A stretch of DNA of 64,000 bases from the human T2T-CHM13v2.0 reference genome, Homo sapiens: NCBI RefSeq assembly GCF_009914755.1, contig NC_060925.1, one strand, 5' to 3'. The notes below the pieces were generated by a model. That model was given only the letters and a program-made list of their open reading frames with translations. It made no database searches and was not told the origin of the DNA. Positions 43,401 through 56,421 of this stretch are shown here, in pieces (the first letter of the stretch is position 1; every line of letters begins with the position of its first letter). Position numbers and translations under genes: made by a program.

Positions 43401-45688
43401 AGGATGAATAGTGGATGATACACTTAGAAAAAAAAAGGGAGCCAAATTGACACAGAGGCAGGAAAAATGTTAAGCCAGATATGACAGTAAAAAGTTCTTG
43501 ATTGAGTGTGTAAACAAATACAAATAGTATTTATGAGTGGGTTAGAATGATGAAAGACTAGGAGAACTGAGGTGATAAGAGCATGCATCAGTGAAAGCGA
43601 GAATGAGGAAGAATGAGGAATTGAAGTCAGAGAGTAGGGAGCAACCATGGGCTTTGGTTAGAGCTCTGATGGAAGGGAAAAGAGAGAATGGGCGTCCTCT
43701 AGGAAGAAATGTGGGGTGCAGGGAAAAGGATATAGTTTTAGGAAATAATGAGCACACTTCTAGACACGTTGAAAAATCATAAAATAAGCTTAAATGATGA
43801 TACTGAGCGTTAAGTTCTAAGAGGGGCACTCTTGGAAAGTTTAATTCATTAGCAATTAAGTATTTTGGAAAATAAATGGAAAGAGGCTGGAAGTAGAGAT
43901 GTGGATGGCTGGACAGAGTTAAGATTCTACCTGTTGCAGTCAGAGTCCAGATGTGTCTGGGGGTGAATGATTGCCTCACCAACTCCTGGAGATTATGGAT
44001 TCTCCCTGGAAGCCACAGGAAGTTTGAGGTATGAAATGATCCACGTGACTTAATTCACCATGAGATTTCCTAAGGCCTTGATGTGGGATTTCAATCTCCC
44101 GTTAATCAAACTAAATTGATTTTTGAAGCCTCTTGACTGATGATGAGTGAAGCCCAGACAAAGGCATCCCAATGGGCTACCAGTGCCTCAGATTTCTACA
44201 CTGCTTGACTTGACCGCGTGTGCGTGCATGCACACACACACATACACACACGCAATTAAGGTTAGGGTTGGGACAAAGAGAAAGGCACACACAACACTTA
44301 GGGACATTTCTAGCCATTCTGAATTTCTAGCCATTCGAGATGGTCTTACGTCAGCAAAGGATCCTTGCACTCAACATTCAGCCAAAACAAGGCTAGCGTT
44401 CTTATCATAGCACACCACACCCGCATAGAGACAAGAAACATTAACCACAGGACGCTCAACTCTCCTAAAGCCACCAGCCAAGCCCAAATCATGACTCAGA
44501 ACTCCAGATCTCAGTCATTTCTTCTGCTCATGAAGGCAATCCTTTTTTGAACTGAAAACAAACTCATAAATAAACATCTCCTTCCTCAGTTCTCCCAAAC
44601 AACTTGATGGACAGAGAACTCTGTATTTTATAGGAAATGCTTGTAGATTTTTATGGTAAGTTTCCAAAAATAAAAGCACAAACATTTCTACTCACATATA
44701 TTTGTTATGATAGCTACTGGTCCAAGTAGGAATACATATCATCCCGAAGGTAGAGAATGCACCAGGATCGGATCTTGCCCATTTTCATAAACACCATGGA
44801 GCATAGTTAGCTCAGAATCCTACAGAGTCCACTTGGCTTATTTATAGAACTCAGACCCACACTGGTGCATCAGGATAGTTTAAGGTTTGGGGAACAAGTT
44901 CCCTTACTGACAAATAGCATAATTAGGCATAATGTCTTAAGCGAACATATTAGCTCGGGCTTTTAACAGTGTGCAAGCCTCAGCTTCCGCAATAACAACC
45001 TAATCTTGTGTGGGAGCCATCCCAGGCTTCACTTGAACACAGGCACTGTTGTCCACCCGCAGATAAAACTTGGAATGGTTTTATTTATATCGTCCTTGTT
45101 AGTCATGCAATCTGTGTGCAAACAAAACAACATTATTCTTATCTCCTTGGAAAGTTTAATTCATTAGCAATTAAAAACTGGTGCAGAAGAAGGGCCAGGC
45201 ACCCGGAAAAGACTCTTCCTAGCACAGCACACCCCGAAAGAGCGGTTTGTGGGAGCAACTTTCACTGATAACAGCACCGTGACATTTGCTGAATTGTTGC
45301 ACAGCTTTGTTTTTAATAAATAGTTTAGCCATGTAAGGATTATGCCACTGTAATTAGATAAGATAATGTAGCCAACAATCTCTTCAAAAGTACCGTGTTG
45401 AAACTTGCTGTCCTCAGGCCCTCGCCAGAGCCCATTCCTGCTGTCTGCTCCCTGCCCCCTCCCTTGTCTGCTTGTTTTTAGGGGAGGTTGCCTCTGGGTC
45501 AGTTTCCTTTGCTGTGACAAAGGCTTCTTAGTAGGAGGAATGGCTTGGCCCTAGAAGCTGGTTAAGGGCTACAGATTGAGTGAGTCCTATTTGGAACAGG
45601 GATGGGCCTAACAGTATTCTTTGCCATCTTAAGGTCCGGGAACTTAAGAATAGCAAACCTGGACTACCCTGTCAAAAAGTCATGCTCA

Positions 45689-45828
45689 GTCGGGCCTGAT
45701 GGGGTGCTCCTGTAGTCCCAGCTACTCTGCAGGCTGTGGTGGGTGAATCGGTGGAGCCCAGGAGTTCAAGTCCAGGTTGTGCAACATAGCAAGACCTTGT
45801 CTCAAAAAAAAAAAAAAAAAAAAAAAAA
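45689..45828 (+). mobile_element. FLAM-type Alu monomer
   Basis: CCTGTAGTCCCAGCTACTC...GAGCCCAGGAGTTCAAG...poly-A; TSD AAAAAGTCATGCTCA / AAAAAGTCATGTTCA. Confidence 0.8.
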
Positions 45829-45837
45829 GTCATGTTC

Positions 45838-45978
45838 AATGGAAGATGTTAATAATAGAGGAAACTGTGGGAGTAGGGGTAGGGTAGGGAGAGGGTATAT
45901 GGGAACTCTTCGTACTTTCCGCCTAAGTTTCCTGTAAACCTAAAACAACTCTAAAAGGTAGTCTATTATTAAAAACAA
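45838..45978 (+). mobile_element. L1MB/MC-like 3' end
   Basis: GATGTTAATAATAGAGGAAACTG...TATATGGGAACTCT...CTGTAAACCTAAAAC. Confidence 0.7.
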
Positions 45979-46929
45979 AAGCAAGTCAGGCTCACCCATG
46001 GCTCTGAGATGTGAGGGGCCAAGATTTATTTTTAAAAGACTTTTCTTCTTCTCCGTAAGAAGTTGAACACAAGGAAGCACTGAGATTTGGAGGGCTACAC
46101 CCACCATAGGGAATTAGAAAGAAAACAGTCCCCTGGCTGCCTTCATTGGTGGCATTCCATTCATGTGGAAAGTGAGACATGACCCAACTGATGGGACCTC
46201 TAGGTTTAGCACCACTTGAGCTTTTGTCTGACCCTGAAATAAACAATACATCTACTCTTTAGTTTGGCATTGCATGCGTCAACTTGTTACTTAAATATTT
46301 TACCTTCAACTGCTTAACTTTATATAGGTCAGCCTCAGTGTTGCTGCAAATAATTTTTGCTAAAAATAATAAACAGTTTTGGAAATAGATTATATCTAAA
46401 ACAAATAAGTTTAATGTAGAATAATACATCTTAGGGCTAGTCGGGACTTCAGTTATCATTTGGTGCAAATTTTGCCTGCTCTTAAATAGGCATGAAAGAG
46501 TTAAATAATGCAGCCCCAGCAAGGCAGGTAGTAGAAGTTTTTTAATCCCAGCTGCTGCCTCCGGGGGTAAGAGGAAGAGATATTTGATAGTCCAAAGCAG
46601 AAAGTAAATATAGAGTAAATTACTTCCACATAATTGGGGAGATTATTTCAAGTAGATTGCAACTTGGAAATGGATGGCTTCTTTTCAAAACCTAGGGTGA
46701 CCTGTAAATTTCCCATCCTGGTTTCAAGGTGGCACCAAGGGAAGGAGCAAGTCCTGGCTTTCAAGGGCAGCTATAGCTGATATATTTAGTAAAGTGAAAG
46801 CTAACATCTTTAGTATTTGCATTACTCAGATCCGTGCAGTAGTTAATAGGAACAGAAATAGAAAGAGACATAGAAATGTGGCCAACAGAAAGACACTACC
46901 TTAAATGTTTGAGCTGTAAACTTTGGTAG

Positions 46930-47486
<557 letters not shown>

Positions 47487-47569
47487 CTGTCTCCCCTTCC
47501 TATGTGTGTTGGCTCTAGAACAAGAGAAGCCTTGTTGAGATTCATGGCTGCCCCTTGCGCCCCATCACC

Positions 47570-47735
47570 TCTCTGACTTTGGGCAAGTTGCCTGGTCTCT
47601 CTCAGCCTTTATTTTCTTTTTGTGAAATGGGGATAATAATAGTACTTTCCTCATAGGCAAAATGTTGTGAGAACTAAATGAGAAAATACATGTAAAGCTC
47701 TTGGCACTTAGGTCTTTTTATGATTATGATGATAA
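47570..47735 (+). mobile_element. MIR
   Basis: TGACTTTGGGCAAGTT...TGTGAAATGGGGATAATAATAGTAC...TTGTGAGAACTAAATGAG. Confidence 0.8.
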
Positions 47736-47789
47736 TCACACATAATAAATTATTTCCCACATCACATGCTGTTTAGCCTATTCACTGTT

Positions 47790-48620
47790 CTATTTTTCCT
47801 GAAGTCAGTTCAGTGTGTAGCATCCAGAATTGAATAAAACACACCAGTTGTGACCTGATAGTGCAAAGTAAACTATCATCTCCTTCATTCTAGGTTTTAT
47901 GTTTCTATTAATGCAGTCTAAAGGTAGGATATGAGTTGTTTTTGTTTATGTATCTTTTTTTTTTTTTTTTTGCAGGGATGGGGAATGACTGTCTTCAATT
48001 AAACTGCTCAGTAAAATCTCTCCTCTTGTGTGTTGTGCTTTAGTATTTAGTTTTGGATACTAGTGCAGGATCTTAAATTTATCCCATTACATGTGATTTC
48101 TTTAGTGTTAGTTCCTTTTCAAACCTGTATAAGCCATTCATTCATTCATTTTAGAAAGTCAAACATATATTTATCATGAGCCAGCACAGTGCCAGTTATT
48201 TGCCATATTCTAAGATTTTAAACATTCATTGACATTTAAATTGTGCATGATTTCTATACCTTCATCTGAATTGTTGTGTAACATGTTTGGATAATACAGA
48301 GCTAAGGGCACAGGCTAAGAAATATCTTTAGAAACTTTCCTCTAGGCTCACCAGCACCCTTAGGTCACTGTCATTTAAATATTATGAATTCATCTTGTGT
48401 GGTATCATTTGGTACAAATTATTTTCCAACATGACCAGCAAAAAATCTTGAGACTTTCTCAGAATTCTTGTTCAAGTCAAGATTCACTATATCTTTCTAG
48501 TCACCTAACTCAGTATTCCTATCAAAACAAGATTAATTTGATATGATTTTTTTAAAAAAGTGAAATTAGGCTGGCTTGTTTCCTAATGGGCTCAGAGGAC
48601 ATATTCCCATTCCAGAACTT
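47790..48620 (-). mobile_element. L3/CR1 fragments
   Basis: CCAGAATTGAA...CCAGTTGTGACCTGATAGTGCAAAG...ACTATCATCTCCTTCATTCT...TTTCTATTAATGCAGTCTAA resembles antisense L3. Confidence 0.6.
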
Positions 48621-51339
48621 TGAAGAATTTAAGTGCAAACAGCACAGTGCCTAAAGCATGTCAGCTGTCTGTTTCGGATGCTCGTCCTACCACGTGTAGC
48701 ATGGCAAAGACAGGAGTCAGAGATTGGGAAGTTTAGCTAGGTGAAAAAGTCTGCCCTAGGGCATGCCCTTCCCACTACTAGAGAGCAGTTGCTTTACATT
48801 TTATTTTACCTAGCTTTTTGTAAATATTTCTCCCTGGGTTACTTGTGATCTAGGGGCGTGGACTTACTCATCTCTTGTAATTCCAATCAGTGCATGACAC
48901 ATCATAACTGATCCTCGATTATTTTTTAAGTTAATGTACTCAAGGTTTATTTTTCAATCAAATGCCTAAGCTATTACAATTAAGGAGAGAGAATACTACC
49001 CCCTTTCAGTCCAGGAGTATGGCAAATGGAGATGTCTATAGGTATTAGGACATACCTAGAAACTTTTAGAAAAGCATTGGAGGAATGCCTCCTCAAACTG
49101 TATGAAACTCCAGTGATTAGCAATGGAGTCTGATGAATGAGAGGCAGTACAATGCCTTTCTCAAAATATTGGGAAATTCGTGATCTTTTTCTCTCCTTTA
49201 TCATTCCTAGGGTTTTGGAAATCTGGATTGTAGTGGGGCATTGTATGTTAAAAAATCATCTTCCCATTCTGATCTTTGCAAAGATTTTTCTGTTCCTTAA
49301 ATTTGTTCAGGTTAAGAGATTGCAGATTGCTTCTGTGGACTTATTGAAGGTAAGTATTATCTCTTGATATTTGTATCTCCAGTGTCTGGCACAATGCTTG
49401 GCAGTGAGGAGGAACCCAATAAATGTTTGTTGGATGAATAAGTAATATTTGTGAAAGTGTTTTGTAGACTGTGAAACTTTGCACAAATGAAAGATCACAA
49501 GGATGATTGCTTACGAAGCTCAGAAATTGAAGTGGAACTCTTTTCTTAATGTAACACACACATACACATTACACACATTTTCTCTTTGAATAGTGGCTGC
49601 ATTGTTTTTAATGGAACACTGGGCTACTTTTAAACATTGAAATCAAAATGTACATGCCCACTTTTTATTAGTAGTTGCTCCATTTGCTCTTCCAGCTTTG
49701 GCTCGAAAACATCTGCTTGTATGCTTAGTATCACTGTCCTTGCTTACCCCCATCCCTTGCCTTCTCACCCATCTTTAGTCTGCCATATGGTCTTGACATA
49801 GATTTTCAACTGTTAGACTGTCAGGCTTTCAAGGATGCATTTTAAGAAATCAGTTTCTTTGAAAGCACTTGAACCAGAAGTCAAATGGCATGATGTAAAC
49901 CAATAGTTTTTCAATGAAGAAATGAAAACCCTCAATAATTACAAATAAGGAATGTAACCTATTGACACCAATTTGGTTACACTGTATTGATTCCTACAAA
50001 AATATTATGAGAGAGTAGGCTACTTATACTCTACTGATCAGATTACAAGTATACTTAGTAAAGACAGAAATAGTATAGGCATAAAAGAGTTTACCTTAAA
50101 ATGTCACCTGATGTTAGTTGTCCCTCACTGATTCAAGTAATTTCCATTATTCAGGTGGATCTGGCTGTTGGTGGAGATCCCTAGACTGCATGGGGCCATG
50201 GGCATGATCTGGAGACACAGTAGGTGAGTCCAGCATGTCAAGGGCAGATGACAATGAATGGAAAAACCTGGTCTTGCTACTTTCTCAGTAACAGTGACTA
50301 GCAGTGTGTATGAAGAGATCAAAATTCTAAAAGTTCCCACAAATTTCTCAGTTTCCTATTTAGGGCTTCAGGTCTTTGGAGATATCTTCCAGATATGGTC
50401 TTTGTCTGTTTTCCTTATTCTTCTGTGAACTGGTATAAATGAAGGTGGGTTGGGTGGGGTGGGTGGGGCTCTGAGGCCTTCCATTTCATCTGAGCTAGAT
50501 GTGCCAGGAGGAGGCCCCTGAGAAGCTCAGGCAGTTCCACATATGTCAGCTTCCGCACAGCTCAGCAGGACTTGACAATGATTGCACTGTGTGGCTTTCA
50601 TCCTTCTGGGCAATTGGCAAATCCAAAATTTCTAGGTAGAGGGGTTTAGGGTGGCATTCTGGAGAGGAAGAAGGATCAAGGGCATTGTCTTGAAGCTGCT
50701 TTGCCTAACAAGCACCATTTTTAAACTTAGCTTTAATGCTTATTTTGACATATCTTGGAGTTAAGTACATGGAAATTTTGGAGAGGAACCCTAAGGAAAC
50801 TCCAAGTCACCCCTGGGTATTGCCAATAGAACCCAAGTGTGGTAAACACTTCAAAGCCTCCATAGTGTTGTATGAAGCATGGAATCCCTCTTTTGAGGGT
50901 CTGAATTCACCCTCCAGGGAAATGTTTTTCAAAGCGTTGTCCTACTGAACCATGCAATCAAGAGTCAGGATGGGGAGGACTTCTAGTGAAGGAGAGCCTT
51001 CACCTGTAATAAGCATCTTGGACAGAACTAATGCATAGTAAAATCTGAAACCACTATCCTTTGAAAGAACCTCAAGAGCTCTTATCCTTCTGATGTATGG
51101 AATTTCTTAATTTTTTATTCCTTTGTATCTCCCAGTGGTGTTTTGGAATATGAACACCTCCACTGGATTACTTTCCCCATTGTGACTATGAAGTCTGTAT
51201 CTTTTTGAGTGAATCAAATTATCAAAGGGCATCCCTCAAAGCCTTTCATGCTGCATCTAATTACATTTATAGCACACAGTATTGGCAGTCCTTGGGCAAA
51301 ATAAAAACATGACAACAATATTAATACCATATATCTGAA

Positions 51340-51600
51340 TAATAGTCTACCATTCACAGTTACATAAATTAAATTGCATGGTTAAATTCATAGCAAATTC
51401 ATAGTTAAATCATATCTCATCAATTTTTACAATGTGCTGTCAGGATAAGGCCATATTATTTCTATTTTACAGATGAGGAGTTTGAGACTCAGAGAAGGCA
51501 ATGATGTATCTTAGGTCAGCTGACTAGTGTACACAGAGGAATTGGCGCTCAAGTCAGATCTTCCAACCCTAGTCCACAGATGCTAACTCATGCCATCAGA
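51340..51600 (-). mobile_element. MIR
   Basis: TTCTATTTTACAGATGAGGAGTTTGAGACTCAGAGAAGG core. Confidence 0.7.
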
Positions 51601-52309
51601 TATTCTCCCGAGTGGCTTTCAGGGAGATTTGTTGATGTCAAATCACCTGAGTTCTGACATTTGTAGTCCCTTTGGGAAAATCTCCATTTAGATTGCCATG
51701 GACATCCACTTGATGAGTGACAGTTTTCTCCAAGGGAAGATGCTTCTTAGTTGGTCTTGCTCCGCCCTTACCTGCCAGCTTTACCCTAGGCCTCAACATT
51801 CTTGATACAGAGCACATCCTCTCCTACCTTGCTTGCCACTGTATTGCTCATATCAGGGAGGGTGTAACTCTAAAATTTCACAAAAATCCTTTTTCTCATA
51901 TCTGATTATGCCGTGTCTATAGACACTCTGTAGACATGTTGTCTTTCTACTTCTTTGTTTCAATCATCTTGATTTAATCCCTGTGAGCTCATATTCCTTC
52001 ATTAATGTCATCAAATTAAAAGAGGAAAAGGGATTTTGGAGGCTTATGCTGGATTTCCCCAAAGACAGGCACAATAGTGGTCCACTCAGGATCTGCTGTG
52101 CCCTTCCTGTGGCAGGGACACACTATCAGGGAATGCAGCCTGCAATAACTAGACCCCCCTCATTGTCACATAGGTCTCCCTTTTGTTCAGCTAAAATTTT
52201 CAGCTTTTACCTTCCACACATTGGTCCTTGCCTTGTCCCTTCTTCGTGTGAAAGTTTTCCAAATATATGAGCCAGTCATCATGTAGCATTAAAGTTGTAT
52301 AACTGGAAG

Positions 52310-54932
52310 TTGTTGTGTTCTGAACCATGTCTCCCCAGATTCATATGTTGAATTCCCAACCCCCAGTGCCTCAGAATGTGACTGTATTTAGAAACGGGTT
52401 TGCATTAGTTCGTTTTCACACTACTATAAAGAATATCTGAGACTGGATAATTTATGAAGAAAAGAGGTTTAATTCATTCACAGTTCTGCAGGCTGTACAG
52501 GAAACATGGCTGGGGAGGCTTTAGAAAACTTACAATCGTGGTGGAAGGTGAAGAAGCAGACACATCTTTGTGTGGCTGGCAGGAAAGAGAGAGAGCAAAG
52601 GGGGAGGTGCTACACACTTTCAAACAACCGGATCTTGTGAGAACTCTATCATGAGAACAGCAAGGGGAAAGTCAACCCCCATGATTCAGTCACTTCCCAC
52701 CAGGCCCCTCCTCCAACACTGGGAATTATAATTAGACATGAGATTTGGGTGGGGACACAGAACCAAACTATTTTATTCTGCCCCTGACACCTCCCAAATC
52801 TCATGTCCTTCTTACATTTCAAAACACAATCATGCCTTCCCAACAGTCCCCCAAAGTCTTAATTCATTCTGTCATTAACTCAAAACTCCATGTCCAAATA
52901 TTCATCTGAGACAAGGTTAAGTCCCTTCCAAATATAAGCCTGCAAAATCAAAAACAAGTTAGTTACTTCCTAGATACAATGGAGGGTACAGGCATTGGGT
53001 AGATGCTCCCATTCTGAAAGGGAGAAATCAGCCAAAACATAAAGGATACAGGCCCTATGCAAGTCTGAAACCCCGCAAGTCAGTCATTAAATCTTAAAGC
53101 TCCAAAATAATGGAGCTTAAAGCTGTTGGTGGATTTACCATTCTGAATCTGGAGGATGGTGGCCCTCTCCTCAAAGCTCCATTAGGCAATTCCCTAGTGG
53201 GAACTTCGTGTGGAGGTTCCAAGACCATATTTCCCCTCCATACTGCACCAGTAGAGGTTCTCCATAAAGGCTCCGCCCCTGCAGCAGTCTTCTGCTTGGA
53301 CATTCAGGCATTTCCATACATCTTCTGAAATCTAGGTGGAGGCTCCCAAGCCTCAACTCTTGCCCTCTGTGTACTCACAGGCTTAATACCACATGGAAGC
53401 CGTGAGGCTTGCAACTTTCACACTCTGGAGCAGTGGCCTAAGACATATCTGGGGCCCTTTGAACCATGGCTGGAGCTGGAGCAGCTGGGATGCAGGGAGC
53501 CATGTCCTGAGGCTGCACAGAGTAGCAGGGCCCTGGGCCTGACCCATGAAACCATATAACCCCCCTATGCTTCCAGACCTGTGATAGGAGGGGCAGCTGC
53601 AAAGGTCTCTGAAATGCCTTGGAGGCATTTCCCCATTGTCTTGGCTATTAGCCTTTGGCTCCTCTTTACTTATGCAAATTTCTGCACCTGGCTTGAATTT
53701 CTCCCCATAAAATGGGTTTTTCTTTTCTACCACATGGCCAGGGTGTAAATTTTCCAAACTTTTATGCTCTGCTTCCCTTTTAAATGTAAGTTCCAGTATC
53801 AAATTATCTCTTTGTGCATGCATATGAGTGTATGCTGTTAGATGCAGCCAGGCCACATCTTGAATGCTTTGCTGCTTAGAAATTTCTTTTGCCAGATACC
53901 CTAAATCATGTCTTTCAAGTTCAAAGTTCCACAGATCTCTAGCACAGGGGCACAATGCCACTAGTCCCTTTGCTAAAGCATAGCAAGAATGACCTTTACT
54001 TCAGTTCCCAGTAAGTTCCTCATCTCCATCTGAGACCAGCTTGGCTATCTCTGTCCATATTACTATCAGCAATTTTGTCAAAACCATTCAACAAGTTTCT
54101 AGGAAGTTTCAAACCTTCCCTCATCTTCCTGTCTTCTTCTGAGCCCTCCAAACTGCTCCAACCTTTGTCCATTACTCAGTTCCAAAGCAGCTTCCACATT
54201 TTCAGGTTTCATTATAGTAATGCCCCACTATTTGGTACAAATTTTCTGTATTAGTCCCTTCTCACACTGCTATAAAGTCATACCTGAGACTGGGTAATTT
54301 ATGAAGAAAAGATGTTTAATTGACTCACCATTCTGCAGGTTGTACCAGAAGCATGGCTGAGGAGGCCTTAAGTAACTTACAATCATGGCAGAAGGCAAAG
54401 GGGAAGCAGTTACATTTTCACATGGCCAACAGGAGAGAGAGAGAGCAAAGTGGGAGGTGCTACACACTTTCTGACAACCAGATCTGGTGAGAACTCTATC
54501 ACGAGAACAGGAAGGGGGAAGTCCGCCCCCATGATTCAATCACCTCCCACCAGGCTCCTCCTTCAACACTGGGAATTACAATTCAACATGAGATTTGGAT
54601 GGAGAAACAGAGCCAAACCATATTAGGGTCTTTAGGAGGTAATAAGTTAAAATGAAGTTATTTGGGTGGCCCATAATTCTACAGAACTGATGTCCTTGTA
54701 AGAAGGGGAAGAGACACCAGAAGTGCCAGCACAGAGGAAAGGTCATGTAAGGACATGGGGTAAAGACAGCCATCTACGAGCCAGGGAGAGAGGCCTCAGA
54801 AGAAACCAAAGCCATAAATGCCTTCTCTTGGACTTTCAGCCTCCAAAGCTGTGAGAAAATACATTTCTGTTGTTTAAGCCACCCAGTCAGTCTGTGGTAC
54901 TTTGTTATGGCTGCCCTAGCTGATGAATTCAG
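52310..54932 (+). mobile_element. MLT1A/B-type LTR interrupted by the MSTA element
   Basis: GAACCATGTCTCCCCAGATTCATATGTTGAA...AGAATGTGACTGTATTTAGAAAC (52310-52400) resumes at GGGTCTTTAGGAGGTAATAAGTTAAAATGA (54626-54932). Confidence 0.8.
52401..54625 (-). mobile_element. Complete MSTA MaLR element (LTR 52401-52775, internal 52776-54246, LTR 54247-54625)
   Basis: Two similar ~375 bp LTRs flank MaLR internal sequence; 5 bp TSD GGGTT/GGGTC; internal ORF remnant 53383-53961 (RDLWNFELER.DLGYLA.EISKQQSIQ). Confidence 0.9.
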
Positions 54933-55694
54933 AAGTCAAATGTATATGGCTTTGAAGCCACAGAGGAAGGTGAGATTATCTGGCCAGAGATCCAAGGTGA
55001 AAGGGGTGGAGAGCTTTGGGGTAAATCACTTTACAGAGTGGGTATAGGAAGAAGGGCCTGTGAACAACACAGAGAACAATCAAGAGAGAGCAGAGTTAAA
55101 GATGACAAGGGAAGAGAGAGTTCCTTGCTTCTTTTATTTTGGGTTCACATCTCTTAATCTTGTGTTCACTTTTGTCAAGGTCATCCTCAGAATTTACACT
55201 CTCTCTCCTTTTGTGCCCCCATGGACCAAGTTAAGAAGGTGTAGGCTTCCAATCTGAAGATTGGTCACCACAAAACTCAAAGGTAAGTGAAAGGGTTTAT
55301 ATTAGTGTCACTGAATCAAGGGCCAATCTCAAAATTTACTTGGGGATTTTTCAAAGTGCACATTTATGTGACATACACTATGAAATTTCATTTTAGTATA
55401 GATTTGTGGTGGGATACTACCATATATTTTGAAAACAAACAAACAAGCAAACAAAAAAATGTTCCCCAAACTCACAGAATCCCCAGGTGCTTCTGATATA
55501 CACATTGACGGAGATAAACTAATCCAGATGAAAAGACAAATGAATTTTTTTCTACATGCCTGGAAATAATGTCAGATGATTATAGATTTCAAACTTCATG
55601 AAAAATTGAAATTTCACCCTTTTGTAGGGGGAATGTTTTGTTAATCTAGCATACACAGCCTACGTTTTCTATTCTTATTATTTTTAATAAAATT

Positions 55695-56421
<727 letters not shown>

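Noticed and set aside
51913-51926. Perfect 14 bp palindrome GTGTCTATAGACAC
   Set aside because: A few palindromes of this length are expected by chance in 64 kb; no associated structure.
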